Source: Dimorphilus gyrociliatus (Eukaryota; Animalia; Annelida). Taken from it: 64,000 nucleotides of DNA. A program made the position numbers and the translations under genes. How positions within the stretch are numbered: position 1 is the first letter of the stretch; each line of letters starts with the position of its first letter. Positions 37,529-51,300 of the stretch are shown here, in pieces. A model generated the notes under the pieces. The model was not told the DNA's origin. It searched no databases and saw only the letters and a program-made list of their open reading frames with translations. The stretch lies in NCBI GenBank assembly GCA_904063045.1, contig CAJFCJ010000015.1:558001-622000 (forward strand), read 5' to 3'.

Positions 37529-38317
37529 TCATTTTTGGAAGCAAATATGATTTTCATATGCTGCCCTTAATTGAGCTAAGGAGGCTTTTAGATCTCTGTT
37601 TTCTTTGGCCAATTTTTCATTTTTGATCAGCTCATTTTTCAGTTGCTGAATAAAAGAAGAGAAATTAGCTTAACAGTTTTATCGTAAAGTTTTATAAAAG
37701 TATAAATATAAGTTACTTACTTCTTCAATTTGTTTAGTTTCATCCTTTTTCTTGTTACGAAACTTTTTCGCCGCTTTTCTATTTGAAGCCTTTCTTCTCT
37801 CAAGTCTCTCTTGTTCAGACAACTTCCTCGTTCCTGTTTGAGGTGTATCAATAATGCTCTGTTCCTTTTTATTCTGTTGTGGCTGTTCTATTCTTTGAAG
37901 GTTATATTCTGGTGTTTCTTCCATTTCTAGCTTTTCTTGTTTCAACTGAAGCAGAGTGTTATTCCGTTCTTTCGGAGGAAGTTGATCACTATCCCAAGTT
38001 TCGTATTGAATTTGATCAAGGTTATTTGGAGTTCGTTGTTCATCTTGTGGAAGTGGTGTAAAAGTATTCGAGTTAGGATCGTTGATATAGTTCATAATAA
38101 AATCCAAATCAGCATTGAATATGACATTATCATCATTTAAATTTTCCGGATAGCTCGTGCTCATGTTCTCGCTGTCTCTTATTCCAGTAGTTGTCTGGAG
38201 AGGACTTAATACACCTTCGAGAAAATCAGTGTCAGAACAATTGTTTTTATTCTCTAATTGCCCATTAGGGCAGTGGGAAAATAATGTTGTGTCCATGTTA
38301 ATATGGACACACCTCAT
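37529..38317 (-). CDS. bZIP transcription factor, ATF3/Fos-like but divergent; at least 2 coding exons, start tentative
   Basis: Basic region 'ERRKASNRKAAKKFRNKKK' spliced to zipper exon 'QLKNELIKNEKLAKENRDLKASLAQLRAAYENHICFQK*'. Confidence 0.8.
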
Positions 38318-39323
38318 TGTATGATGACTTCGATCAATATTTAGCGAATCTGTACAGGAAAAAATAATGATAGTGATAATAAGTAAAATGAGAAATAGGA
38401 ACATCACATTTATATATTGTAATTTGACAATAAAAAGTAGACTGATAGCAGATTAGAGATAAGAGAAGAATAACCATATAAATAACGGGTTATGTTTTTC
38501 ATTTTAACGATAATAAGAATAATATAACATATTATATTCTTATATATATATTTATATATAATAGAATATAGTATAAAATTAATATTTTATCTATTAATTA
38601 GAAAGTTAAGTAGACTTTAAAAAACAAAAAAACTTTGATTTTGCAGAAAGATAGATACTATATTATAAAATAACCACGTGTCTATTTACGGTATTTTTAG
38701 GAAACCGGCTTTCACAATAAAACGCAATAATCGAAGAGATAGTTGCTGTAAAAATATATACATGTACTAATGTAATAATAAAATACCTTATTAATACAAA
38801 AATATGTAGAACAATATATTACGATTTCTCGATATAAGCAAACTGTAAGAGTTCTGTTAGCTGGTTAAATTTTTCTAGCTAGTCTAATCGCTACGAGCTA
38901 TTGCCGTAAAATGAAACGGAAATGTGTAGTAGAAATTTTCGTTATGAATAGATGAATATTCATTTGACATATGGTTTTATTAGAAGGCCAATATATAGGC
39001 AAGTTTAAGCGTGCCCGTTAAGGAATGTACAAGAATAAGTCATAAGAGTTCTTTAAAAAATTAACCTAATCAATTAAATGTAAAAGATTGAATAAATAAA
39101 TAAGAAACTGTTGTTGATATAATATGATATATATATAATATATATAACACTTTACAATCTCTTATGTCCTATCTTAATGTATATGTATAAAAGTATAAAG
39201 CGTGTCTTCATATACATTTATAATTATAACTAAGAAAAATTTGGAAGCGTTCCAAACAGGCTTTAAAGTTTATCTATAGTTTTCATTCTAATTACCGATT
39301 CGTATCTGTCAATTTTTTTTACT

Positions 39324-39359
<36 letters not shown>

Positions 39360-42300
39360 TGTATATAATTTTTTTTTACATACCAGGTTAGCTTTTATTC
39401 AAGCATTTAGGCCTATGTCTATTTAGCAATAAAGCAGTTAATATCTGTTTGATTGTACTTCCCTTCTTTGTTTTATTTTCTTAATCTGTTCCTTACGTCT
39501 AAGTTACCTGGTTATTTTTTTAATACGATTATTGCACAAATTAGAAATGAACTATTTTAAGAAATAGGTATACATGAGTTTGAAGAAAAAAAACTGATAT
39601 TGATTTCTGTTTCGTTTATATATATATATAAATAGCTTTTAAGTATGATTAATTATCTCTCTATTTCAGGCATTTTTTAAGAGGGAAACCCTTTTTTTTA
39701 TGCATTTTAAGAGAATTAATGAATCATTCAATCCATTTGAGTATTTCTTTCTTGAAAAATATCATGTAAAATTCAGAATATATATATATTAGTATATATA
39801 CTAAATTTAAAAAGATAAGAAAAAGAACAGTCCCAGTTCTGAAAGCTTGAGTCATTACTTTTTTTTTTATCATTGCCACACCTATTCAAAAATACCTTAC
39901 TTTTAGTTTGTCACGATTTAATGCATTATAGTAAATCTGTTTGTACTTTTTTTGATAATTAATAAACAAGTTACTTTTATTTGTTTGTACTAGATTTTTA
40001 AATGATAAAAGATTTGCGTTACTATTCCGACAAACTGTTTGTTTAATAGTTGTTTACCGATCTATTAAAAATTAACTACAACGTAAGAATTGTTGAGGTC
40101 AAGGTTATTCTCATTTTAATATGCGCAATTAATAAGCATCGTGAAAGTAGCTTGTTTGAAGAAATATGTACAAGATATAATTTCGGCACGCGTCTCCTTA
40201 GGCTTAACTAATCTATATAATACAATCACTCAATACGCTTTCTTAGCCATTTAGCATTGAAATTTTCTCTACACACCCTTAACTTTTTGTTCGTATGGAA
40301 ATGAATAACAATATAACAAGATAGAGTACCTTTTGATACAGTTGCTCCTATCAAGTCTTGAAGGAATTCTTCTGATATTCTCTTCAAAGTGTTTTCTTCC
40401 AGAATCACTTAACGCCTATAAGTTTATCTTCCTTTAGCAAACTTGAATAACTCTTTTATTATCTTTTTTGTCCGACCCGTTAAACAAATGCAGAGCTAAA
40501 TAAGAAAAATATTCATATTTCAATATATTTGTAAACTCTTTGTAATCGTCACAAGAATACGTTTTCAAGCTCATTTGCATATCGCAATATAAAATTAAAT
40601 GCCTGGATTAGTATCGCTGATGTAATATAAACATTGTTTTTCTTAATATTTTTTAATAAATGTAAATATTATTATCATAAAATATATAAAAACCTTATAT
40701 TTACTTATAGTATTTAATTAGTAATTAATTAATTTAATTATAATATTTTTTTTTAATTCTATCAATATTCATATTAAATATTAAATATATTCAATCAATA
40801 CTTTCTAACTAATTGCGTAATATCTATATAATTATTTTGAAATAGATCAATATTTACGTTGTATATTAATATTTTATTTATTCTTTTAGTTTTGTTTAAA
40901 AAAAAAAAAACAAATGTTTCTACTTTCAATTAAAACTTTATCCTATTCTATTTTTATTATAGAACGTTACTGTTGCAACATTACGAAGAGAAATTGTTAT
41001 TATTTTCTAGAATGTTCTACCTTTCCCGCCTATTGGTATATTGCTTCCTATGATTCATTTAGATTGGAAATTCCAGTAAAAAGTTTCGTTAATAATGAAT
41101 TTAATACTTTCAATAGTATAGATAAATATGGTTGATTTTTTAAAGTAAATATACATATATTTACATATACACATATATATATATACTGTATAAATATATA
41201 AACACACATATACATATATATTTAATATTTAGTAAGTTTATTAACATTTAAGAATAATTAAAATACAATATTTACTATTACCTTTGAAATTTAAAGGGAA
41301 AAAAGTCATAAAAAAGTTACAATAACACATACGTATACACATTTAGTTTGAAGACGCCATTTTTTATTTTCACTAGGCCAATTTTTTTTTGTTTTCCTGA
41401 TTTCTTTAAAAAGAGAGAATATATGGAATTTATGTATATTAATTAATAAAAATATAGCTGTAACAATCATCTTTTTAATTAAAAAATCTATTTTTAATAG
41501 TAAAAAAAATGATTTAACGTAAAAAAATTACGAAAACTACTAATTAATTAATTATCTATTAGAAATTTCAATGAAGGTCAAAATATTGTTTAAGTGAGAA
41601 GAAACAATTGTAAGAAAGTTGAATTTTTCTTTAGTTTCTCTTTCATTTTAATGTTTATGATAGTGTATTAATTATTTTTAATTCTTTTAATAAATATGAG
41701 AATTTGTGAAATTTTTAATGAATATTGCATTTATTCTTTTGTATTGCATCAGAAATGGTTATTTGAAGTGTGACATTACTTTCGTCCCTCAAATTTATAG
41801 ACTAGTTTTTTATTGCAAAGTTTATGTACTGTGTTTATTTCTTCAAAATCAGATAAAAAACAAGTCTTTAGCTTAGTGCATGATCTGTTTATTCTGTCAA
41901 GTGAAGATAGATAAAGAAAATAGAGCAGAGAGATAGGAAGATCAAGATGATAGAGAATGAAGCAAATGATGAATTTTTAAGTAGTTTCTCAGAAATAATA
42001 TGCTATCATAAAAAGTTATGTGCTAATTATAGAATACTTTCTTGAATTACCCTTGAATAGATTATCAATATTTCAGAAAGTCATATTTATGGCAAGGACA
42101 CGTCACACAAACAGTTAACCCCGAATCTAGTTCAAAAATAAAATTTCTAATATCATGTTACAATGAATATTCATAAGCAAGAATATATAGAATATATATA
42201 TATTAATATATTTGTCTTCTTACTATAAAGCATATATTGGAGCGCAGTTGAAATATTAAATCGTAATCTATATATAGATCTAGCATAATAGCACACATAC

Positions 42301-43942
42301 GTTGTTTTCCCTGTTAATTAGTCATTTATTTACATAAAATATGTTACCAACATACGTAGAAATGCGTTGCATATATAAAAATTTATCAGAAATTGAACTT
42401 TTCTTTTTGTTATTGGAGAGAGAGAGGGGTCAAGGGTACGCTTCCCTATCCTTTTCACGGAAATCAACGCGTTGTTGTTTTTTACTTTATATATCATTTT
42501 TCTTTGTATCTTTATACTGTATATATATATTTAAACAATTTACACTTATTCCCCCCCTTTTTTTAGGGGATTGTTGTTATATGTTATAAAGTTAATTCTT
42601 GGCTTTCATTAACAGATTAACTCCTAGCTATTCAAAGAATTTATATTATATTGTCTTTATAAGATATATATACAGTATGTTTATATTTACTATCTACTAT
42701 AAAAACACTTATATTGTATAATTAAAAGTAAATTCCCTTTATTCTTATAGATATTTTAAATGATGTTAATCATAAATAAAGCATAGCGTAATTAATGATT
42801 ATCTTTAAAGAATCGAAATATGAAGGCTTCTGTTATTAAATAGGACAATAATAATCTCTAGAACAAAAGTCTTTGTTAGTATGATTAAGCTAATTAAACT
42901 GAATGATAAACACTTATATAAATGTAGACTATAAGTTTCTTTTTATGAATTTTAAGTATCAAACAAAAAATCTAAGTAACTTTATTATACTAACAAGTTT
43001 TAGAATACGTGTGGAATTGAATGAAGGAGTGTAAAAATTGGAACAAAAGGAACATTAATGTCATACGACGAATAAAGAAAAATAAACCACTCCTACCAAA
43101 ATAATTCGATATCTCCTTCTTTCGCTCTCCGTTCCGTTCGCTCTATTTCACTTTCCGTGCTAACAGGTGTTTCATTGTTTTCCTACTCGGTGATCGATTT
43201 TTAAAGATTTTTTTTATGTATGTAAATAAATGCGTAAAAATAAATGCTACATTTTTATATACTGTATATAATATGTGAATATATGGTGTATGAATTTTCT
43301 TTCCCCTCTTAATGGTCTACGCAAAATCACGAAAACACATAATTACTAACTAAAGAAAAGTCGTAAACTGACTTTATTTTACAATATATCTAAATATTTA
43401 TATCCATTAAATCTTATTTAATTAATATTAGATGTTATAATATAACTGATTGACGCGGTAATTATATAGATTATTAATATCAACAGTTATTTAGTATCAA
43501 TTGGTCGCAATCGATTATATCTTATCAATTTCATTGAAATATATATGGAGATATAGGATTTGTATATACGTATATCATATTAATACTAATATGTAAAGTC
43601 AAAGCAAAGCAACACTATAATAAATTATACGTAAAAACTTTTGCACAAAAAGCGTCATAGTAATCCGTGCAACTCAGAATTTCCTTTTATTATTCATCCT
43701 ATGCTATATTTCCTTTATTGTGAATAGTCACCAGTAAAACATGAATATACCTTAGCATGAAAAAGAGAAAAGAGAATACTAGTATTTGTTGTATTCTTAT
43801 GTAAATAAAAGATATAATTTGGTCACTTTTAGCACGTATGGCAAATTAAGTATATTAACCTTTTTATAAAACATATATCTTTACGATTTTGTTTTTGTCC
43901 CTTATAAAGAGGATTTAATTGGAAAATCAATGTAGTCTCTCT

Positions 43943-46789
43943 TTATCTTGATAGAATGAATGAGGAAAAGAAATTAGTAATAATTAACGTAATCAATATG
44001 GCATTGTAATAATTGGAAATTGCTACAGATTGTTGTGGCGGTTGTTCCTTGCTTTCGTACTCCCATTCTTCTCCATTACAATGACCGTTCAATATAGGTT
44101 GGGCAGGTATTCCACGTCTAAGAGATTAACCATACATTAATCGACGTACACATGTTATGTAAAGTGCACATATGCTTAGTTCTTTCTTATTATTAAAGTT
44201 CTATTAAGCGGAATTAATTTAATTGTGTCGATGTAGAAACATTAATAATTAATAAATATTATTTATAGTGCAAAATCTTTAGGTATATACCTTATCATTC
44301 TGCAACGATGCTCGTCTAATCTAAATTTAGCATCTTCAATATTATCAGCATTTTTAGCACTCCAAAGACGTTCTGCTATTGCCGATGCTCTTGGCCTATA
44401 GTATATATAAACTGTATATTAATATGTTTTGTGTGAAATCTAAACTTTTAAGATAAAATGAATGGGACATAAATTAATAAACAGTATTGAAATTAATATA
44501 AAATAATATAACGTATCACCATATTCTTGAGTGTATATTGGTACCATCAACATACTCTGCCCACATACATGCTTCTCCTCCTTTTACCAGTTTCTTTTCG
44601 TTTTCATTAGCTAAAGACAAATATATATGATCGAAATGATTCACTCAAGTTTTTTATATTCACTACTTGTTGATATTTTAGATTGATTGTTTGTTTGGTT
44701 GTTTGAGCTATTATAACGTTTATACAAATATATATATATTTACATGTAAAATCTGTTGGCTCAATTTCATAGTAGTTCCTCCAATCCTGTCCATAGCTTA
44801 TCATATTTAAATACCATGGAGAAGAGAGAATAAAATTGTAACCCAATTTAGCAACTTCTTGAGCGTATTCTTCCCAATTTTTAACTGAAGGATTATTAAC
44901 ATCGTTCTTCTTATCTTTCCATACTTGTATAATCGTCTCTTTATTAAACTGGAAATTATTATTTTTTTAATAATTTAATAGATTTATATAAAATAAGCGT
45001 TTTATATCATTTTTTTTTATTATCATTAATTTTTTAATGTCTAAGAGATTCTACTTACTGTTACGTTATTCTCAAGGGGATCTTGCCATACTATTGACTT
45101 TAGGCCTATTTTGTCAACTATTTTAATTAGTCTCTCTGAATAATACTGTTCTATTTGATTGTACGTCGACATGTTTCTTTTTGACATCCAATCTGAGACG
45201 TTTGGACTCGATTGCCTGTGAATAATGGGAAAGAGGGCACAAAGTAAGCAGACGAGACACTTCTGATATATAACAATAACCAGCATGCGTAATAAGCTTC
45301 GTCCATTCCTAAATGAACGTACTCATCCGGAAAATCGTCTCTTATTTCCATATAAAGATCTCTCATAAAATCAAATGTACTTTCCAAGGTTGGGTTTATT
45401 ATTTCTCGAGGCCCATGATGGGGATAATTTGGCGTATCAGGACGACCTTGGCCCCAGCAAGGGGTCAATAGCTCTGGGAAAGACTTACCCCAAGAAAAAG
45501 TATGACCGGGTGTATCAAATTCGGGAATTACTCGAATTCCTCTTAATCTAGCTTCCCTCTTTATCCTTTCAATATCATCCCTAGTATAAACAAGTTTCGG
45601 GTGATAAGCGCCCTTTTCAGCCATTTCCGGAAACTTTCTCAGTGTATAGGGAAAGGATTGATCGTCAACTACATGCCAATGGAACACATTGAACTTGTTA
45701 TATGACATAGCATCCTTAAAAGGAAAAGAATACTTAGATACTTTGGTTATAAAAATTTATCACAATTCATAATCCATTAAAAATTTAATATCAATATACT
45801 TACGAGAATTTTAGTAATGGTTTTCATAGGCATAAAATGTCGAGCAGTATCAAGCATTACGCCCCTATGGGCATATCTAGGGTAATCTTCAATATTCGTT
45901 ACATTGATCAGGTTCTGCATGCAGAAAGGGGAGTGGGAGGTTAAGAAGAAAAAGGACGTAATAAATAATTATAGTATGTTATTTATATAAAAATTAGACG
46001 CTTACCCCAGCGTCTTTGTTGCGCTTATAGACTAGTTGGCTGAAAGTTTCTAAACCTAGATAGACAAATTAAGAGGGTAGAATTGAAATGATGTATACTT
46101 AAGGAAACTCAAATAATTAGAATTTGATGATATAACCTCTCAACATTCCCCAAATCGTTACCGAACGGATGACACTCTCATCTTCAACGATATGTATGGA
46201 ATCTTAAGAGAGAGAGAGAGAGAGAGAGAATTGTTGATTTACTTATAAACTTTATTTTATTTAGAATTGATAATTTCTTGGCTTACAAGCTTCGTTAGAT
46301 TGTATATTGGGATAAGAATTTTGGCAAGTTCTATTTTCGATTTGTAATCGAACTGTTCCCAACCTTTTTATCCCATCAACTGGTTTTCCGCCTTCTAGTT
46401 GCCTATTTATTAGATTAGCGTATCTCTTCTTTGCCTCGTCGATGACATCACACGAAAACGTGCTTGTGAACGTTATTGGGAGAGAAAAGGTTAGGAGCGA
46501 CGTTGAATTCATCCACTTTTGAGGCAGAGGCCAAGGGGAACCCGGCGGCGAAGGATTACCCTATAATAAAAAAAAACACACACACAAACCCATATAATCA
46601 AAATTCTATTTTTTTTCATTTATAACGTCATCTAATTTTCTTTGTACTTTTTGATTAAATTTGTTTATATTATATAATAACTTTTAAGGGTAATCTTGTA
46701 GCGATCCATGTTATATAAGTTTCCGTTGGATTAATAGCTATCCAATGGAGGATTAACGTTAATATCCAATATATGTTATGCCTTTCCAT
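43943..46789 (-). CDS. Beta-N-acetylhexosaminidase (GH20, HEXA/HEXB family), multi-exon, with signal peptide and hydrophobic C-tail
   Basis: 'PWPLPQ', 'RGLETFSQL', '[18 protein letters not shown]', '[12 protein letters not shown]', 'PEFDTPGHT', catalytic 'HLGMDE', '[13 protein letters not shown]', '[14 protein letters not shown]'. All junctions I checked are GT-AG and in phase. Confidence 0.95.
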
Positions 46790-48279
46790 CTATCTGTATT
46801 TAACGGCTCAAAAGTCTATAACAGTATATGTTAAGTATACGTCAAACAATTTAACAAAAATGTCTAATCATTATTTATTAACGTCGATAAATCTATGCTA
46901 AAGGATTTTTTAGATAAATATCGATAATAGTATAAATTTGTTTTATCGTCAAATTGACTGAACAAAATGCGACAGATGGCGTACCGTAAAAGAAGATGTC
47001 GCGAACGTCAGTAGCTCTTTTGTTGTGTAAATAGAACGGCGTCTGGAGATCTATTGAGGCGTGTAAAATAGCAAATTGCTACACAATTTACGCCCCGTTC
47101 TCCTCTTCATCATTCCCTAAACAATCTGCTGTCAAGCGTCTTTATTCTTTCATATTAACTATACGAGCTAGTCATATCTATTATAGATATAGCTTTTACT
47201 TATTCGTTATCACACTCTTCTTCCTTTCCATATTCGTTTTCTTTTCCTTTTTCTTTTATAACAGAATCAATTTGTTTTCCTTCTCATTTTGGGAAAATTT
47301 TTCTGCTAATTTTCACATACCGTTAAAGAGTCAAAGGTCAAAGTTGGACCAATCATCTCGGTCCTATTCGCGAACGTCATCGTTGGAATTGCATATATGG
47401 CGTGATATCACGCAAATTACTCGATCTCTTTGATGACGTCACGCTTCGAGTGTAATTCGCATTATTTTTGTATTATTATTGTTTATTCACTGGGCGCGTG
47501 TCTTTCTTTATAATTGTCCTTTTCCGCTCATTATACTCAGTGTGTGTGCCATTTTTCCCCTTTGCCGAGCTTATAGTTAATTTATTACAATTTGACAGCT
47601 GCCGATGAACAAGAAGATAACAGAATGATTATCGGTAGTAATAGAAATCTGCAGTGTTTTTTAATAATAAACACCTACCACTATAAAATATAAAAAGCGA
47701 AAAGAGGATGGGAGGGGGGCTGATTTAGAAAAAAAGAATTTGAAGAATAGGGGGCGAAAAGAAGAAGGGGGGCGGTTGGCATAGAGAGAGATGCAGGATG
47801 CGTATACTCTATACTTATGTTATAAGTATATTATATCATATTCGAAAGGCGGTAAGGGAAAAAAGGAAGTTCTTTGACGCTTTTGCAGCTAAACATACAC
47901 TTGAAGTGTTACAAGAATTGTTCGGCTAACATGACACAACCGTCTCTGAACGCTTTTTTCTTTTCACTTAGCGGCGTCTTCAAAAGTAGCTTTTCACACC
48001 TCTTAGACCACCTGCTCGACGTCCGTAAGCCGACGTTCTGTTTATATTTCATTTTTTCCCACAAAATATGACTGATCAAATTTGAGGAACAGTAAAAATA
48101 GATATAAACCGAAAACTAACAGTTATCTGTAATATTGTCCGATTGAGTGAATTGCAATTAGACACTAATAATTAGCAAGTAGTTAACCACCCGACTAATT
48201 ATACAGTCGACTGAGTGAAAGACTAATGATTGGTGTCCATCTGCTTCGAACGTCACTGTTCTTTTTTCGCAATGGGGCG

Positions 48280-48314
<35 letters not shown>

Positions 48315-51300
48315 CCCCTCTCTGCATCCACCCCCCCCCCGCTTCTCTCTCTCTCGATCTAGGCGGGCGTCGGATCAATCTCGTTACACGGGCAATCGAA
48401 TGAAAAGTAACGCGAGAGATGAGGCTTATGCAATTTACATGATTCGCGCTGGAGGTAATCACTTGTGTCAATCGACCGACTACGGGTTTTTCTTTCGCGT
48501 TCGCCTACTGCATTCGATTCACAGTCTATACAATACGAGCCGTTTCGGGCTGTCATTTAGGAGAACGGACGCTGCAACTCACATTTCAATTAGGCGAATA
48601 ACTCAACTGGAAAGATTTTACTTCTATTTAAAGATAGAGAAAGGGGAAGAGGAGAGATGGATAGAAAGGAGAGGAAGGCACTACGAGAGATAAAAAAAAA
48701 AAGTATAAAAAAAATAAAAAGAAATATTTCACTATAGATCTCTCTTTAAAAACAAAAAAAACTGCTCCTAAATATAAAACACTGCAGTATAGTGCAGTAT
48801 TGAACGCCAACGCTTATTTGCGGTAAAATGGATAAATAGAATAGAGAGAGTATATGCAATGTATATTTATTTATGTGTATATTTCGGAAGTAATTAAATC
48901 GATAATAACGGCGCTTAACGTTTCGAAATCAATATTCCTATCGGGCAATTCATCATTCCCTAAAGAAAGAATATGTCAAGTCACCGAGCGGAAAGATAAA
49001 GTGATGATTTTGGTATGTTGAAAGCGTCTTAGGTAACGGCGTTAAATGGAACGTGCGAAAATTTGAAAGGGTCTAAATATGCAAAGGTATGGAGAAATTT
49101 CGTTATTTAGACTGAATTTATAAAAACATCTTTATATATACAGCATATAAAGTATATATATATATATATATGTTTTTACTATTTAAATAATATTTATTAT
49201 ATTAAATATACGTGTTTGTATTTCGATAGATTTTATACTATGTAACGGTCATGGCCTTAAAAACTCTAGATAGCCTGGTGTGAATTTGTTATTTTATAGT
49301 AGGGCGCTTCAATCAATAATGACTATATGACTGACAGTTGCAAGACATCATTATAGACTTACTGAGGCATTGTGGAGATTTGAATACTGCCATTGTACTT
49401 TAGTGTCTTGTCAGACACGCCTCTTTTTCGAACGATATACTGGGCAGATTTACTTTCAAGTTAAAAGGTCAAATGTGCGCGAGTATTAAGGAAGCTGATC
49501 GAATCCGATAATGCTGTTTGCTTCCCCGTGTTGCATCTTTCATCTTATCTATTGACGCATGCAGATTCTTATCGTATTCTCAGTGATTTCTCCTGCTTAA
49601 TTAGACCATTAAATCGCCGGTTCGTCGCCAGATGCCGTTTCCGGCGTTTATCAACCAATCATCTTCCAAGTTGCCACAAACTAGGTCGTCTTGAATTACG
49701 AAACAATTTCTGTTTATCTGACCCATCTCTCCTCTTGCAAACAGATGCGTCTTTTTATTCCTTTTCTTTTTTTGGATAAGGCGATTATTCCATAATTAAA
49801 TACGCGCGGATGCATGTTCCCAAGCATCGTTTATTTTTATCGCTATTTCAGCTCTTAAATACATAATGATCAATCGATTATGCTTATTCATATACATAGT
49901 CTGGTTTTTATCAAATAGGCTTTACTTCTTTTCTCTTTTCTTTTATTTGCTATTATTTTTTTAAACCTCTTTCTCAGGCATATCTTAGCATGCAGGGGCA
50001 GCGGGGATTCGAAGAGCGATTCGCCGTATGTGGTAAGGTAAATGGCGAAGAAATTCCATTAGTGTTGCTCGTTGAACGGTCAAAAGTGCGGTGTGTGAAC
50101 AGGCTTTCGAGTGAGTTATAATAGCACGCCTCGTCGAACGCCTCCATTCTAAAAGACTTTTACTCCTCAAATCAACTTAGGCACGCTCGTTTCACCGACT
50201 AAACAAACCAGATGGCGTGGGGAGGAACGTTCAAGTCCCCGTAAATAGCATTCTGTATAATGAAATTTATTTTCGGGGAACAGATCCGTTTTATTTACAA
50301 AAAAACAGAAATGAAAATCAAGAAGATGTTTAAGGGTTTCGAATGAATACGAAACAATGTCTAAAAAAGCATTTAAATCTCTACTCCTTTGTGTAAATAA
50401 GAAGAACGTCTAGTGTTCGAAAATGGCTTCGGGGAACGTCATGAAAATGTTCTTTTTTTCAATATACCACACGTAAAAATGGAAGAATATATGTATTTAT
50501 GTTTATAAATCACAACAAAAACTAGACTTATACACGAAATCGACTATAAATAGAAATATAAAAAGAATGCGTTTCACCTGAATTCACAATAACGCGTCTA
50601 TCATCTTGCAAAATCGAAGTTTTGACGAAAGAATGCAGCCTAATTTAAGGTGCCACTGAATCGTATCAGCAAATCGGTGGCCGACTCGACGAAAGAAGGG
50701 GGAATTTCGATCGGCGCTCGTTATATGCTATGATATTGCGCACCGATGTAACGCAATATTTAAATTGCGGGCTTGGAATGCCGAAAGGTGAACGATTGAA
50801 TTTCATCTTTTATTTAGATTGCTCAGGTAGTATAATCTCGAATAAGTTCCGACACGTCGACATTCTCCTTAGTCCATTACTCTATCCAATTACCCTCGTT
50901 TTGCTTTTTCCTACAGATACTATCCACTAAGTATACTCATACCAAATGTTCTATATACTACAGCTACACATATAAAAACCCAAAATTTACAGTACACGCA
51001 ATATATTCGTATAAATAAGTATATAACTACGTTTTTATACATACTGCATAAACAATACTTGTGCTATATTTATCAACAGAAAGGAAAAAACAATTTATAG
51101 ACTAATTTAACACCTTTGCTAACTTTTGAGTATATACACCTGCTCTGTCTACTGCAAAAGCTGCAAGCTGTTACGCTTATATGTACATCTTGTATTCAAT
51201 TTCCTCCGTTCTGCCGCCCCTATGAAAGAGTCGACATAACGACCGAATACACTCGAATGTGCGAAACCGCTTTCAATTACCATCTAACAACGATGTCCTA

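Noticed and set aside
47597-47613. AGCTGCCGATGAA resembling miR-22/745
   Set aside because: No complementary star arm or hairpin.
49528-49779. ORF with an LRR-like LGRLELRNN
   Set aside because: A single motif with a TTG start and no flanking repeats or exons; likely chance in regulatory DNA.
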